Assembly: GCF_006345805.1 (NCBI RefSeq)
Contig: NC_043010.1
Span: 17,298,001 to 17,362,000 of the forward strand
DNA: 64,000 bases
Direction: 5' to 3'
Origin: Octopus sinensis
Taxonomy: Eukaryota
The notes under the pieces were generated by a model that saw only the letters and a program-made list of their open reading frames with translations, did not search any database and was not told where the DNA came from. Positions 61,781 through 64,000 of this stretch are shown piece by piece. The translations under genes were made by a program, and so were the position numbers. Numbering within the stretch: the first letter of the stretch is position 1; each line of letters begins with the position of its first letter.

Positions 61781-62714
61781 ACTAACTAATCTATCATAGA
61801 GAGACGGTGTTGAAGGATAAATTACACACACCGACACACACGGATAATTAATCATCTCTCTATCTATTTATCTATCGATAAACATGTTTATGGTTATTAT
61901 TACAGTCTTTTCCTGCTGACACCGAGCTAAGATTTTCCTAGATTCTAAATTGCAGATTAAAATAATATTGCTAAGCCATAAGTCAACGGTGACACCAATG
62001 ATCAGAGACATTCCAAGCATGACCTGTTTGTCTTTTTATGATTATGTCAGACTGCATTATTCCCAAGACAGTGGCGTGGGCTTTGAAACGGGGCTGCTAT
62101 TTCTAGCAGACTATGTCGATTGAAGGCACAGATACCCCCACCACGTCTCTTTGGCTCGTGGAGATTAGGGTTGTTGCTGTAGCTTAATAACATCGGGTCA
62201 GCCTTGATCCAACTAACAAATAATTAAAATATGTTCCAGCTGAGACCATCCTGTGTTTTTCTTTCTTTCTCAAATATAGTATTCACACTATCCATTGTCT
62301 TGCCTCTTTTCTTTTTTAATAATAATGGTCAATTATTATTTGAGGGAGATTTCACTGCTATCTAACGGCATTGTACAATGATTTTGCAGCAGTCGAAGGT
62401 CTGATATTTAAAGAAGGAGGCACCCGCACAAGACAGCCGAAGCCCACTCTGCACCGCTGTTGTTATCTTTAGGTTCAGTCACGGCACAGAAGTTACTTAA
62501 TTATGGTGTGGTACAACTTTTACTTGATGTTATTTCCACCGAATTAACCCCTCTGCTTCCATACCTGCTTAACTATCCACTTTTCATCACTGGTCAGTGG
62601 ACAGTTTTTTTAAAAAGGGAGATTTTTTTTCTCTCACGTGAATAAAGGGCAGTGCAGATAGTGACACGGGTTTTGTTTGTTTTTTATTTTTGGTGTGGAA
62701 CCCACTTGCCAAGC

Positions 62715-63199
62715 TTAGGCAAGATTCCAAGTTCTTGCAAATGGCGATGAATTAACCTCTTCTGCTAACTCTTCAAGAGTTGCATATGGATTTCTTCCAG
62801 TAGCAGCTTTCTGTACATCATTATCAAAAGTGACCGGGCGACCAGAGCGGCGGACATCTTCCAAGTTAAAGTCCCCTTGTTGAAATTTATGGAACCATCG
62901 TTGACACTTCCGAATATTCAAAACACCTTCGCCATACAGTTCTTGCACATTTCTAGCATTGTTGCCTTTTTTATACTCGTAAAACATGATGTGGCTAATG
63001 TGCTCCTCCGTGAGCTCCATTTTCATGAGGGGCTATTAAAACCAACAAATGATTGGGTTAGGGTTAGCCAAAATCTATCTAACTAAAGCTTTCCTTGCTC
63101 TGTGGCATTTATGCCCCCGTGAAAAAAATCTTGTTCAAACGTGTTAGAGCATGTTTTAACAAGTACGGCCTGAAAAACAAAAATTACGGGATGATCTGA
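62715..63199 (-). mobile_element. 5' part of a mariner element (HTH region)
   Basis: MELTEEHISHIMFYEYKKG..CQRWFHKFQQGDFNLEDVRRSGRP; TA-TCAGATCATCCCG terminus at ~63199. Confidence 0.8.
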
Positions 63200-63659
63200 T
63201 ATTAAATATTTACGTATGAGTTGTGTGTCTTAAGGCCAGTTGTTTCGGGGGCCCAATTCTGATCTATGTATGTTATAGCTTGCTGTCAATAAATATATAC
63301 CATAGGGGCCAGTACATTGATTTGTCTGGAGGAAGGGGCGGGCTATAATGTTATTTTATTCTTTATTATCCACGAAGGGACTAAAAGAGAGGACATTACA
63401 AGTGGGGTAAAAAAAAATCGAATGAAAATGAATGATTATAAAAATGAGAAAGATGAAATGATGGTTATTTGGGCTCCACGACCCAGGTAACATCACTGAA
63501 CAATTTTTAAACGTACATAAATTTTCAAGTTTTTTTTTTTAAACTTTGCTTGGTGTTGCTAGTTTTTTTCTGTCTTTTCTTTGAGTGTTTTCAATTGTCT
63601 CTGATGTTTTGTGATCTTGTTTGAATGTTCGTTTTTAAACACCATCACTTACCTCAGTA

Positions 63660-64000
63660 GATGCTGAAGTCAACGGTCCTCCCTCGTCACGATATATCTT
63701 CCCTTGTCGAGACCATCTCCATCACCTCTTCTCCTTGTCCCCTGGGACTTCCTCTTCCATTCTCTCCTGTTGCACACTAACCTTCCTCTGCCTTTCTCCC
63801 TGTGCTTCAGGTGTAGGGCCTGGGGGCACGTTTTTCTTATGTGCCCCTTTTGTCAGCACCCGAAGCACTTTGGAATTCTGCCCTGTACGGCTACCTTCAG
63901 CTTCGTATCATCCGGAAGAATGATGAATTCAGGTATATTGTCCATGTCTGCTGGAGTGGCTTGACTCGTTGCTCTTACAGCCCTCCGCACCAGTTCAGGA
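63660..64000 (-). mobile_element. L1/Tx1-type ORF1 C-terminal fragment (runs off the window end)
   Basis: Knuckle IPKCFGC*QKGHIRKTCP at ~63810-63870. Confidence 0.6.

Overview
AT-rich, repeat-dense eukaryotic DNA. It is most likely from an octopod cephalopod; this is inferred from the SINE/RTE repeat repertoire and the zinc-finger cluster and was not confirmed by a search. The window holds a head-to-tail cluster of four minus-strand C2H2 zinc-finger genes with about 10, 5, 10 and 23 fingers. Each has its whole CDS in one exon and no recognisable effector domain, and each appears to have a short non-coding first exon inferred from splice consensus. The rest is mostly decayed transposons: L1/Tx1-like, R4/Dong-like, CRE-like, CR1-like and two RTE lineages of LINEs; mariner and Tigger/pogo DNA transposons; piggyBac- and Tigger-type MITEs; two tRNA-derived SINE families; and many RTE 3'-UTR copies. 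The most notable observations are: (1) two related ~410-bp TTAGGG-containing MITE families that occur only near inferred ZNF promoters, including a 1.1-kb triple palindrome; (2) higher-order finger repeats within the ZNF proteins; (3) a ~255-bp, ~96% identical inverted repeat just downstream of one ZNF stop codon; (4) a hairpin-repeat array with variable spacers in the RTE 3' UTR; (5) an ORF1-only poly(A)-tailed retroelement; (6) an RTE insertion with twin-priming geometry; (7) a decayed minimal hammerhead ribozyme. All coordinates were read by eye, and repeat boundaries are approximate unless a TIR, TSD or splice site is quoted.
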